Shown: positions 26,329-37,591 of the stretch, piece by piece
Numbering within the stretch: position 1 is the first letter of the stretch
Layout of the letters: each line of letters opens with the position of its first letter
NCBI GenBank assembly: GCA_002189035.1
Contig: NEEC01000010.1
Span: forward strand, 1,302,001-1,366,000
DNA length: 64,000 bases
Reading direction: 5' to 3'
DNA from: Utricularia gibba
Lineage: Eukaryota > Plantae > Magnoliophyta
Notes under the pieces: generated by a model
What the model was told of the DNA's origin: nothing
Seen by the model: only the letters and a program-made list of their open reading frames with translations
Databases searched by the model: none
Position numbers and translations under genes: made by a program

Positions 26329-26951
26329 CTTTTCTGTTGTGTTGAAATAAAAACTTCCTGATGCGTTTAAGATGTAAGATTGTTGTTAATATATATATTG
26401 TCTTATGAAACAAAGAAGATTGCTAGGAATGTGATTCCTTTCTTTTTAGCTTCTTTTTGACTCATACGCCACCTTTCATGACGAACTTAATTCCTCAGAA
26501 TATATTGCTTTAAATATCTTGGATTCTAGATAAGATTTCACTTTCGCATTGAACATAAGCCATTGTGAAAAATGAGCGAAAAACACGAATGATGAAGTAT
26601 ACTTCTCATATTTGTTGTGACAAATGGAATTTGATGTCTTTTTTTTTTTTCAAGTTTTGAGTCTTGGAAACGGTATTTGCATCTTTGGACACTACGGCTT
26701 TATTCCATGTGCTATGTAACGTTATTCTAAAAATGTCTAGCGAAATTTTTTGACTTCATTCTCTGGTTCATGAGAAGATTTGTGTTTGTAAAAGGTCTCG
26801 GATACTGATAGCATGAAACTATTGGAGAATACATTGTTCTAATAACCTGCTTATTTTTCTGATAGATCGCCATGTTTCGACTGTGTAGCTCTTTCACTTA
26901 AATCACACAGAGGAGAAACCTTAGGATGGATGGATGAGATTGCTGCAAGGC

Positions 26952-28280
26952 TTAGAGGTTGAAATACATACTGCTGATGTCGAACTTCTCTGAAGAGGAG
27001 AGCACCGGTTCCTACAATCAATCAAACACACATGTTTTACAACTAGCTGCAACTGATCTATCCTTAAGAGAAGTGGACTACGTCGGCTTTTGCCATCAAT
27101 CTGTACCTGTGACATCCTGGGGTCATTGTTTCTTAACCCAACCTTTCTGCGTGCTCCTGTTATCATGTGCCCAATTGTGGAAAGCAGATGTTCATATGTT
27201 AATCTTGGTTGCTGTTCCAAAGCTTTGATGAAGCAGTAAGTCAAGACACCCATGGGAACACCTGCAAAAACCTGTAGAAAACGAAAAGGAAATCGCAGTT
27301 GGATACATCTCTACTTCATTCTGATACCTCAGCTGGGAAAGCAAGCATACTGTCGAATCCCCGGAGTTCTGGTGATCATCACAAGCACTGATCGAGATTG
27401 CATGTCCTCCATTGGTACCTTTGTACACATGTGAACGGTGATCCTCCCATCTGAAGTATCCACTTCTGTGCAACAGCTGAAAGCGTCATGAGCTTACTGG
27501 TGCAAATGGGTTGTGAGTCAAGAGATGAAAATCCAACCTGGTTATCCTACAGACGTTTGGGAGGTCTAATAAGGTTCCACAGAAGCAAGAGTCTATGACG
27601 GAGTGAAGTTTTGCTCCTCTGGGAAGAGGCCTGACTATGGTTGCATTGATCTCATCGTCCAGTATCCTTCCCTCCGTCTGATAATCGACCGGAAGTATGG
27701 ATTCGTCGTACCCATCGGCCTCGTCGAAGTCCTGGTCTCGAACACGGGAGCCATGCCCCGAGTAATGAAACACCATGGAGTCCCCAGGCCGACATCCCTG
27801 AACAAGCCAACCCAAGGCTGCTCTGATATTCTTCTTCGTTGGGACGTAATGATAACTTCCCTCTTCTGCAAAACCATGAAACAGGTATCTTTCAATTCTT
27901 CGCCCCACCAATACTGTACTGGGTTATCACTGAATATGGATGCTACCTGTCAGGACAAGAACGGAGGACTCCGGGAACCCGAACCTGTCGACGAGCACTT
28001 TCTTCATCGACATTACATCGTTGATGCTGCCGTCCAACGGCTGGTCGTGGCCTTTGTATGAAATCCCACACAGCAGCGCCCGTTTCCGGCCATGCGCTGC
28101 CGGCGGACTGGGTGAATAATGGAGACCCTGAGCTCCAGACCTTTGATCCTCATGGCCGAAATAGCTGTTGGGGTAGGAGCCATACCCTTGACAGGCGCGG
28201 CAGAAGAACACCCGTCCCTGGACATGAACCAGATACGGCATCCCGCACCACCTGCAGCAGTTGGATCTCCAACTGGCCAT
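26952..28280 (-). CDS. Type I metacaspase, copy B (tandem paralog), 5 exons
   Basis: MASWRSNCCRWC..CRAC; HGRKRALLCGISY; YSGHG; DSCFCG; SACDDHQ; GVLTYCFIKA; last exon EPVLSSSEKFDISSMYFNL*. Same intron positions as copy A. Confidence 0.92.
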
Positions 28281-29316
28281 GGATCTATCCGAACCTGCTT
28301 CCTGTGAACTGGATTGGATGCCACACGCACACTTGCATGCGTATTTATACTGCAAGACGACGAAACGTTCTTTGAATTAGAACAGGGAATTGGATTCCGC
28401 CATTGCCATGAACATCGCAACCCAATTCCAAGAGGAGAAGAACCTGTGTTGATGAAGTTATCTACCGTCAAACTTCTTCGCCTCTTTGGACCACGTAGCT
28501 GCTCAGGTGATTCAGCACAGCACATTCCCGGTTCTGCATCCTTATCATTGGGCATGCAGAGAGAGATGATAAAGCAAATATTGATATTATTCCTGGTGCC
28601 ATTTATTTGTTTCTTTTATCCAATCCTTATGTAGTGTTTGAATGTTGAGTGATTCTTCTTATCTTTACCAGTTTTGCTTTCTTTTTTTGGTATTTCTTAT
28701 CCTTTAAGAAATAAAAATAAGCATTTTACATTTAATCACCGAAGATATTTTTGCATGTAAAATGAGTTGGTATTAAATAATCTTCAACAGAACTACTCGA
28801 AAAAATACAATTTATTTACTATCCATGAATACGAATACAAGAAATTAGTGTTCTTCGTGAACTAAGTTGACATGATTGGATAACTAATTCATTACATGTT
28901 TTTAAACATTATATAAGGTACGTTTATTATTAAATTTTGTAACTATAATTAGATATATCTAGGAGTTTTATTTAGATTGTAATATGTATGTCTTATTTTA
29001 TAATTTATAACTTAAAGTAAAATTAAAAGTAAATATTTTATATTCTAAAACTTAATTTTTACTTTTACTTCTATTTATTCTTAATTTATTTCAATTTAAT
29101 TAATTTATCTAATTATCACACAAGTTTATAAAATATGACTTATTCAATAAACAAGTTATTTAATTTAAAATAGACTTATTCTACTTATTTTGGATCTAAT
29201 TGTATTATAACTTCTACTTATAATTGTATCTAATTAAGTAGAAGTTATTGATTAGTAAATTAATTATCCAAAAAATAGTCTTTTGTAAAAATGGCCATTG
29301 TCTCGTTCCCTTATTA

Positions 29317-29521
29317 GAGCATCTTTATTGATTTCCGAGAATACTGATATGTATTTTCGGAAATGATTACATGATTTTCTGGAAATAATTTTTATTTTTA
29401 CGTAAATCACTTTTATTTTGAGTTATATACTGCAGAAATCATTTTGAAGAAATTCAATTTACTCATTGAATTTAGGAAACGGAAGTCACATCATCGTTTC
29501 CGGAAACGAGTAAACATGTTC
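29317..29521. mobile_element. Tourist-like MITE, 205 bp, 30 bp downstream of the UGT stop codon
   Basis: TTA 29314-29316 and TTA 29522-29524 (TSD). TIR GAGCATCTTTAT versus GAACATGTTTAC (reverse complement of the right end; 9/12). Subterminal ttccg/cggaa repeats. Confidence 0.65.
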
Positions 29522-29550
29522 TTACAAAAAACATGTAGTGGCGACCTTGT

Positions 29551-31117
29551 CTAATTCTTGAGAAGAATTTCAGTGATCACATGCTCCAGATTAACGAGCG
29601 ATGAGCCACCCACCTCCACTGCCGATCTCGCCTTCTCCTTCCACTCCAGCGCTTTCTCTCTCATCCTCCGACCCTCCTCCTCCTCCTCCTCCATCACCAA
29701 CCTCACCAGCTTCTCTACCTTCCGCCGCTCAACGGTCCCCTCCAGCTCGGCGCCGACGCCCCAATCCCCACAAGCGTACCTGCAATTCGTCTGCTGCTCC
29801 GCGAAGAACGGCCAGCAAATCATCGGGACCCCCTCCGCGATCGCTTCGATTGTAGAATTCCAACCGCAGTGAGTCAAGAAGGCGCCCACGGCGCTGTGCG
29901 CCAGCACTTGCTCCTGCGAGCACCAGCTCACCATCAGACCGCGCTCAGCCACCTCCGCCGTGTACTCATCGGGCAAAACGGCGGATTCCCCGCTCACCAA
30001 ATCGGGTCGGATTATCCATAAGAAGTAATGGCCACTATCCGCTAGTCCCCATGCGAACTCCCGGAGTTGGGCCGGCGTCACCACCGCGATGCTGCCGAAG
30101 TTCACATAGAAGACTGAATTGGGAGGTTTGGTGCTCAGCCACGCGATGCAGGCGTCCTCTTGTTTCCACAGGCTGTGTCCGATGGCCTTCACGGCGGTGT
30201 CCTCGGGTGGAGGTGGAGGGGCCCGATGGTGGAGATGAGGTTGAATTTCTCCCGGAGGGCGACAAGGACCTCGTTTTCCAGTTGGTCGAATGTGTTGAGT
30301 ATCACGGATCTTGCTCTTGATGCGTTCTTCGTCTGCAGAATGTTATAGTGGACCATGATCTCGTCTGGATTCGTTGACCTGATGAAGGATGGGAAATCTC
30401 GGAGCCTCATGTTCTTCATCCCTGGCACCCAATCCACCTCTGTTTCCAAGAACCCGTTGGTCAGTTGCTCTGCATCTGAAGACGAAGGTGTTAAACAGCA
30501 ACAACAGTAAGAAGAATTCACAATGAACACAGCAATAGCAACATACTGGATGCCCACTGCCCAGAGTAGTCATGACGATTTCCTGGAAATTCAAGCGTGG
30601 AAAGCTTACCTTTCAGAGGAAACAAACCCCGATTCACAAGCTCTATATACTGACAATACGCCATGAACCCGCAAGCGCTGGTGGTAAAAAACACAACCTC
30701 CGGGATCCCCATCTCCTCCGCCGCGTCGAGCGTGAAGCTCATCACGCCGTCGGAGACGATACAGGTGACAGCCGGGCAATCCCCCGAACCATTCAACCTC
30801 TTAATCAGCTCCAGAAACGGGGCTAACCCGTTCCTTGTGAGAGAACTACAGAGCTGGGGTATATCTTGTGTTGCATCCACCTCCGATGGGGGCAGCCCAT
30901 CCGGAATCGCCGTGAATCGAAAGTCCTTTACTCCGGCCACCGACTCCGCCCCCCGCGCTCGGATTAGGCGGTTGTGGTTGAACTCGGTGTTTACGAAAGT
31001 GATGTAGAAGCCTCTAGAATGAAGAAGCTTAGCGAGCCTTAGGACGGGGGCTATGTGGCCTTGTGCAGGATAAGGAATCACCACGGCATGGGGCTTCCCT
31101 TCTCCTCGTGCCGCCAT
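29551..31117 (-). CDS. UDP-glycosyltransferase UGT85A-like (7-deoxyloganetin glucosyltransferase-like), 2 exons, with a 1-nt frame break near 30205
   Basis: [15 protein letters not shown] (catalytic His), [13 protein letters not shown], intron 30476-30609 at the usual UGT85 position, [11 protein letters not shown], full PSPG box [44 protein letters not shown]. The PSPG half is in a different frame from the N-terminal half. Confidence 0.9.
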
Positions 31118-34100
31118 GGAAATCGATGGCTGAAGAAAACACTAGTAACGGCACCGATATGGCCTCGGGAATTTATTTTCCACTTTTTTTTTTTGCAAGT
31201 ATTTGTTATATATCTTATTCATACTCCTAACACCATGTGGCATGCTACTTCCAAGTATACGAATGTTACTGTCCGAACTCCCAAGGGACGGCCCGATGAA
31301 CATGTCGGGTTTCTACTCGATTTAGTATCCATTATTCTGCATAAGTAATTACTATATTTGAAATAATCAGTATTAGTAGTTTCCAATTATTTACAAATTC
31401 TAATAAAATTAGTACTCAACTAATCATGATTATTTTATTAAATATTGAGAACCAATTATGTCAGATATTCAAATAGTAAAAAATCAAAAAAATTTAAAAT
31501 ACAAAAATTTGAATTCTAATTATACTAATACATCAAATGTTGTTGAATACTAAATATGCTATATATGTGAAAATTTAATAATCAATTTTATTAGTCCTCT
31601 ATATTAAGATCAAAATTTTATACATAGGATGTGTATTTTTTTCATACACGGTAATAGGATGGTTACTTTTCAAAATCATCTAGTTTTTTAATGTAATTTT
31701 CGCTTTTTAGTTTAAATTCATGATTTTTTTTTAGGTTTGATTCAGTAATGTTTATAAAAACTGAAATTTAGAAATATTAAATTTAGATAATTCTTTTTTT
31801 TTATTTATAAAACTATAATTTATTAAAAAAAAAGTAAACCAAAGCTATAAGTAAATAATAAAATACATTCAAGTTAATTTTAAAATATTGATGTAATGAA
31901 TATGGTAGGGGCGAGTGGAGGGGCGGGATGTGGTGAAGGTGCATGCATGCCAGTCGTTGCCTGACGATTGGTCCCCCATCTCCCAACGGCTCCATGTTGG
32001 GACCCCCACTCTCTCCCTGTTTCTTTCACGTTCAGAGTACCCAAAGGACTCAGGCCGGCATTTACATAAGTATATGGATGGGTTCATTATTTAATTCGTA
32101 TTTGGTATGGATGTTATATCCACCTACACTTTTACCCACATGTGTTGAATATATCACTTGGGTAATTTCATTTTAGTATGTATGTTATATCAACATCGCA
32201 AATGCAATTATCGTGCTTTTTACGTGGCTTTCACTTTAATGTTTGCATTAAAAACTCTATATTTATATGATATTGTATGTTTCGAATACTCAATTTTTAT
32301 GATTTTATATTTTTCCATTTTAGTGAAAATGTTTCATACAACATTAGTATAATTTACCTATTTAAATATTTTTTCTCCTAGTTTCGTAATTAATGTAAGA
32401 TATTATTATAAGACCTCTTATCTTACATTATTATCCTCTTTGATACTCATCATTCTTGTTGAATGCCTCATCATTCCACCATTGACATGAGGTTGAATGT
32501 GGATCTGATATCAAATGTAATGTTTTATCTTTTCTTTACATGATATTATCTATTTTTAACATCTAACTCTCATGATTTTATATTATCCACTTTGGAAAAA
32601 AATGTCTCAATAAAATTAAGAGGATTACTTCATTTAAACACATTACTTCCCCATCTATAACCAATAAAGTAACAAGTATAATGAGAACAAAGACAATTTG
32701 ATGTTTGCATGAAAGGGAAGGCAAGCTGTCGGATCCCTACAAAATGTGACTTTCGGGACCGCGCTTAGGAATTGAACTTAGGACAAGTGTTGGTGTTAAT
32801 CTATGGGATTGCACAAGTCTATGGTTTATCAAAGGATGTTAAGCACATAGTAACTATATCTTCTTATGTATTTGAGTTTCACATAAAATCCTTCCAATTC
32901 TGTATTTCAACACAACTCTGGATTCTAATACTTACAATTTGGAACCGCATACCTACAAAGTAGTGTGATAAAAAGTCTCCCATTGTATAGCGGTCCACGT
33001 CTTAATAGGCAACTCCCGTTATGTGGCGTGTATGTGATGTTGACATAATGCACGATGAGATTCACGAAATTTAGAAGTATCAATATTTAAGATATAAAAA
33101 ATATAAAGTTAATAATAAGCAAATTAAATGTGTGAATCACGAATCATGATCAAAATATATTAATTTTATAATGAATTGAATTGTAAGTATCAAAATAATT
33201 GACAATATTTTTTAAATTAAAAAGTATTGATAAATTAAGTAAAAAGGAAAACTTAATAAATTTTAATAGAAATAATAAAAATCAACTAACAATTGGTTTA
33301 ATATATATATATATATATTTTTAAAATAAGAATACGCTTAATCCCTATATTCAATACTTGAAATTTAATTGAATAATTAAATCCGAGCAATGCGGGGTGC
33401 TATGCCCAATCCATAGTCAACCCCCATACTTATTACTAGTAAATACTAACCCCGTGGCTAACCCCACTCTATCTTGTCCACCAAACCTCTGCCTCCCGCT
33501 CCATTCCCAGACAAGTCAACTTTTTTTGGATTGGTATCCCACACCACCAGCTTAATTAATAATACATAGCTAATATTAACAAAATTAAAAAATATATATT
33601 ATATTATTTCTATTGTTTTCATAATCTTACAATTGGATGCTATTCTTTTCAAATAATAATTATCAATTATCAATTATCAATAATAATAAATTTTAAATAA
33701 ACATATTATATCCATATCCTAATAGGATATTTGTAATTTTATCGTATGTATATATATATATATATGAATTACACATCCGTCCCTGTGCTTTGTAGATCAA
33801 AACTCTTTTATTATACAAGTTTTTTTAAAATTAATAACGTTTTAATTATATAAAGTTATTATATATAAAGTTTTTTTTAGTTATGACCATATAAGGTGTA
33901 AAATTTAAATACGCTATTAGTTAAATTATTCTATCAAACAAAATTTTAATTATAAGTATATAATAATAAGTTTAATAAATTAATTTAATAATAATATATT
34001 TAAATTATTTATATTTATGTATTAATCTTATCCACAGTTTAAGTAAGCTCTATCTAAAGCCAACAGCTACTCGAGGTGATGGTGATTATTGGAAAGAGAG

Positions 34101-34281
34101 CGAAGCCATTACCATGCGCACAGCACTCCAGGCAACTAGGCGGCTAGTAGTAGTACTTGCAATATCCTTTATTCTAGAACACGCAGCTGCACAAGACACT
34201 GGTAAAGGTAGCAAACACTGTACACAAACCTGAGAAGCTTTCATCTCTGGCGTTGGAGGAGCCCCAGTTTGCAGCCATTTT

Positions 34282-35615
34282 TCACATCTCAACTCCAATT
34301 CTTTGGACAACCTGAAACAAGGAAGGGAGGATCAGTGTACTGTGGTTGGGATTCTGAATTCTTGGTGTTTGGAGTGTCTACCTCTTTGAATGACTTCACG
34401 TCACTCCCCCAAAGCCAGGCATCGCAGCCGGCGTCCCTAGCGCCCCAGACATCGTTTCTTCGATCATCACCCACGTGCACAGTATCCTCTGGATGCACCC
34501 CCAAGAACTCGCATGCTTTCAGAAATATCACGGGGTTTGGTTTCTCGGCTGCAACCTGGTTGGGGAAGGAGGGACTTGGATGAGTAATGGCTTTGGGTTG
34601 GGTTGTTTTGGAAATTATCCACTTACTTCAGCTGAAACGACTACAGCATCGAACCAGTGATCACATTTCAGAGCACTCAGCAATGGTCTCAGCCTCGTGT
34701 CGAAGTTTGACACTACAGCTACTTTGACACCAGCTTTTTTAAGGGTCTCAAAAGCATTTCCAGCATCTGGATCGCAGAGGTGCCACGCCTGAGGAAGTGA
34801 ACGTACACAGTTAGCATTTCCCTAGAATTATGAAGTGTATTCAGTGACTTCTGTTGAACAAACGAGCCTTATCCGTCATGTAATAGTTATAGAGCTCTTC
34901 AAAGTACTCGGGATCGGAGCATCCGGTCGAGGAACTCACTATGTGTTGCCAAAACGGTCTTCCATCGTTCACATATCTGCACTTACCGTATGCATAACAT
35001 AAGTACCTACTCTGACCATTTTTGACAACCGCAAGAACAGAAAACAAACCAAAAACAAGAAGAGACATGGGATTTTCTCCAGATTTGCATCCGGAGTATG
35101 TAAGTAATACCTGCGGTAAGATCTGCCCCATGGTTGAGCATAAGCTGATCTGTATCTGCTCAATATCTCACTTTCAGAGTAGTTTACTCCATATTTTTCA
35201 CCAAGCTTACGGTATATCTACAGAAGCAGAACATCAGAATCAGTGGATCCATCAAGTGAACAAATCCTCATATTACTGATTATGCTGATTTTCCATATAT
35301 GGAGAGCACCCAATAATTCCCACGGCAGAGCAAGGCATGAAACGAAGGTTTTCAGGAAAAAATGGTTATAAGGTGTACCTGAGCCATGGGCTCTGAGGGA
35401 ACAAGGAGAGTACCGGCGACATCGACAAGAAGAGCTTTATGCGTGAGGCCACCGCACACTCGCCTGCGATACTCTTCGTAGTCTTGGATCAAACCCGGCA
35501 TTGGTGACTCACTGAGCACCTGGGCCGCGGAGGACGACAATCTTTTGAACCCAAAGCGCTGTAATCTGGAGGAAGGTGAGAGTTTGGCGATGAGGGATCT
35601 CCCCGAAGAACCCAT
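34282..35615 (-). CDS. HAD-like hydrolase, HDHD3/REG-2-like, 6 exons
   Basis: KALLVDVAGTLLVPSEPMAQ|IYRKLGEKYG..QPWGRS..R|YVNDGRPFWQ..FEELYNYY..|AWHLCDP..AVVSNFDTRLR..VSAE|VAAEKPNP..HVGDDRRNDVWGARDAGCDAWLWG..|VVQRIGVEM*. Confidence 0.93.
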
Positions 35616-37591
35616 CCTTTTGATACTCCTAGCCGTATATGCTTCTGCAACACATCCACTTCACTGGAAACTGTAGAACACGGGTGGAAGGACAGATTTG
35701 ATGAAGTGTATTGCCCTCGGCTCAGGGGAATCCATTCCAATCCAAACGCTTTAAATCAAATTGAAGGTGGCGTGAGACCCTTATAGGGAAATCGACTACA
35801 TTTGTGGACGCGCAATCCGTTTGGGAATACCAACCACATGACTTTTGATGGGCACTCGTTGCCACCAGTTTCGCTTTGACCCCATTGTCGACCTGGAGCC
35901 ATGCATCTTTTCCATGGCCCAACCCGCGTCATCATTATGGATTTGATTCCACTCCAAGCATCTGCGATAGCAACCTCATTCCCATCCATCTTCTTCTCAG
36001 ATGGAGAATATCGGTATGGACCTGCTAGAAACCGACCCGAACTTCGCTCCGTTCTTCAAATGATGAATATCGGGAAAAATTTATCCATTAACATTTGTTT
36101 AATTAGAGGTTTTTTCATATTTAGAAAGTTTTATATTATGAAGAATTAAATAAAATCTTATTTAAAAGTTTATGATCACAAATTGTAATATCTTAATATA
36201 TTTTTCTATTAAAGTAAGTAATATATTTCCATTCCAATCTTCTTATTTATCTTTAGTTTCGTCAAAATTAAAATTAAAAATATATTAAAATGATGGCCAC
36301 AACAATGATTATAGGGATAAAGGGGTGGCACACCGTACGATAGAGTTGTTTTAATGAACAAACAACTCATGTTTAAATTTAAAGTGTATTCTATTTGATT
36401 AAGATTATTGTAAATAAATAAGCATAAGCACAACGCATGTTCAATTAATTTAATAAATAAATATAAACGAGATATATGTTTGATTTTGCTCGTTTTCACA
36501 TTGAAAATATTATATTTATGTTAAATAATATTAAGTTTTAATATTCATTATTTTATTTGATATATATTTTATCAAAAACCTATTAACATAAAATTTTTGT
36601 ATTTAAATTTGAATTATATAAATACATTATATTTTTATCAATTAATTTCAAGTACAAATAACCATAATAATTAATAAACATATATGTTCATTAATATTTG
36701 TGAGTAATCTTGAATTTTAAATAAACAAATATGAATAAAATTTTTATTCGATTAATTTAAATAGATGAATATGAACAAATTTTTCGTTTGATAAAATTAA
36801 ATAAACGAATAATGTTCATGTTACACATAACAACCCAAGTATGCTCGACATGTTATAATTTTGAAAACGACTGATATTTCTGATGATAATCATCACTACT
36901 TCTAAATTGGAAAATATTTCTAATTTTGAATTTTGTTTTTTCCCGAAAATAGATAATTCATGCTAAATGCGCTTTCCTCTCTATTTTGTAGTGACGGCAG
37001 GAGAGGACAGGAGGGTTCGCCGTGAGGGGCTTCGGAGGACCAGCGTCGTCATGCACTACCAGCACCACCACTGCGGCTGCCCCATGTGAAATTATACACA
37101 TCTCATTTTCTGACACTTACCAATAATCAGCATTAAATAATTGTACTGTGCGCACAGCTTACCTTATTCCGAAGTGATGCGCATCTTCCTGCTTCTTGAA
37201 TTCCTAGTGAAAGGGTCCTAAATTTGTGTGCTTTTGGTTTTGTAGAAATTGTGATGGGTGAGCTGAGAATGCTTGCTTGGTGAACAATGCCGTTTGAGGG
37301 AAGGCTTGCTTGGGATGTGGCTACATACAAGCGTCTTCTCCAGTAGATTTGGATTCTAAATCAAGCTAGCTTTATCTTCTTCGTTCGTGGCGTTTCGGTC
37401 TGTCGATCTGTAACTACAGTAGATAGCCATCGCCTTTATGCATTGGCATTAAATATCGGTTCTTCCGCCTTTACCCTCCGAGCCCGCCATGGACAACTCG
37501 CGGATTATCCGGAGATGCTTTTGAGTTGAAGAAAGTGGATTTTAGAGGAGAACGGTGTGTTGTCTTTTGTGGGTTTTGATTTCGATTCATA

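Noticed and set aside
18528-28280. LNK1-hydrolase-metacaspase adjacency as a functional cluster
   Set aside because: From memory LNK1 and MC3 are also neighbours in Arabidopsis (At5g64170, At5g64240). Ordinary conserved synteny explains it without shared function.
29558-31007. Long antisense ORFs over UGT85A, and similar ones over MIZ1, TSJT1 and the PPR genes
   Set aside because: Expected shadows of GC-rich coding strands.
35410-35440. HAD motif I reads DVAGT rather than DxDxT
   Set aside because: The second Asp is normally absent in this plant HDHD3-like subfamily (DAVGT-type), so it is not novel.
35722-35989. Several 66-77 aa ORFs upstream of the HAD gene
   Set aside because: No homology or splice route into the CDS seen. 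Consistent with chance ORFs in GC-rich promoter DNA.
37170-37205. Partial resemblance to miR396/miR172; also miR530-like words at about 31935
   Set aside because: Too many mismatches to the mature sequences, and no complementary star arm seen.
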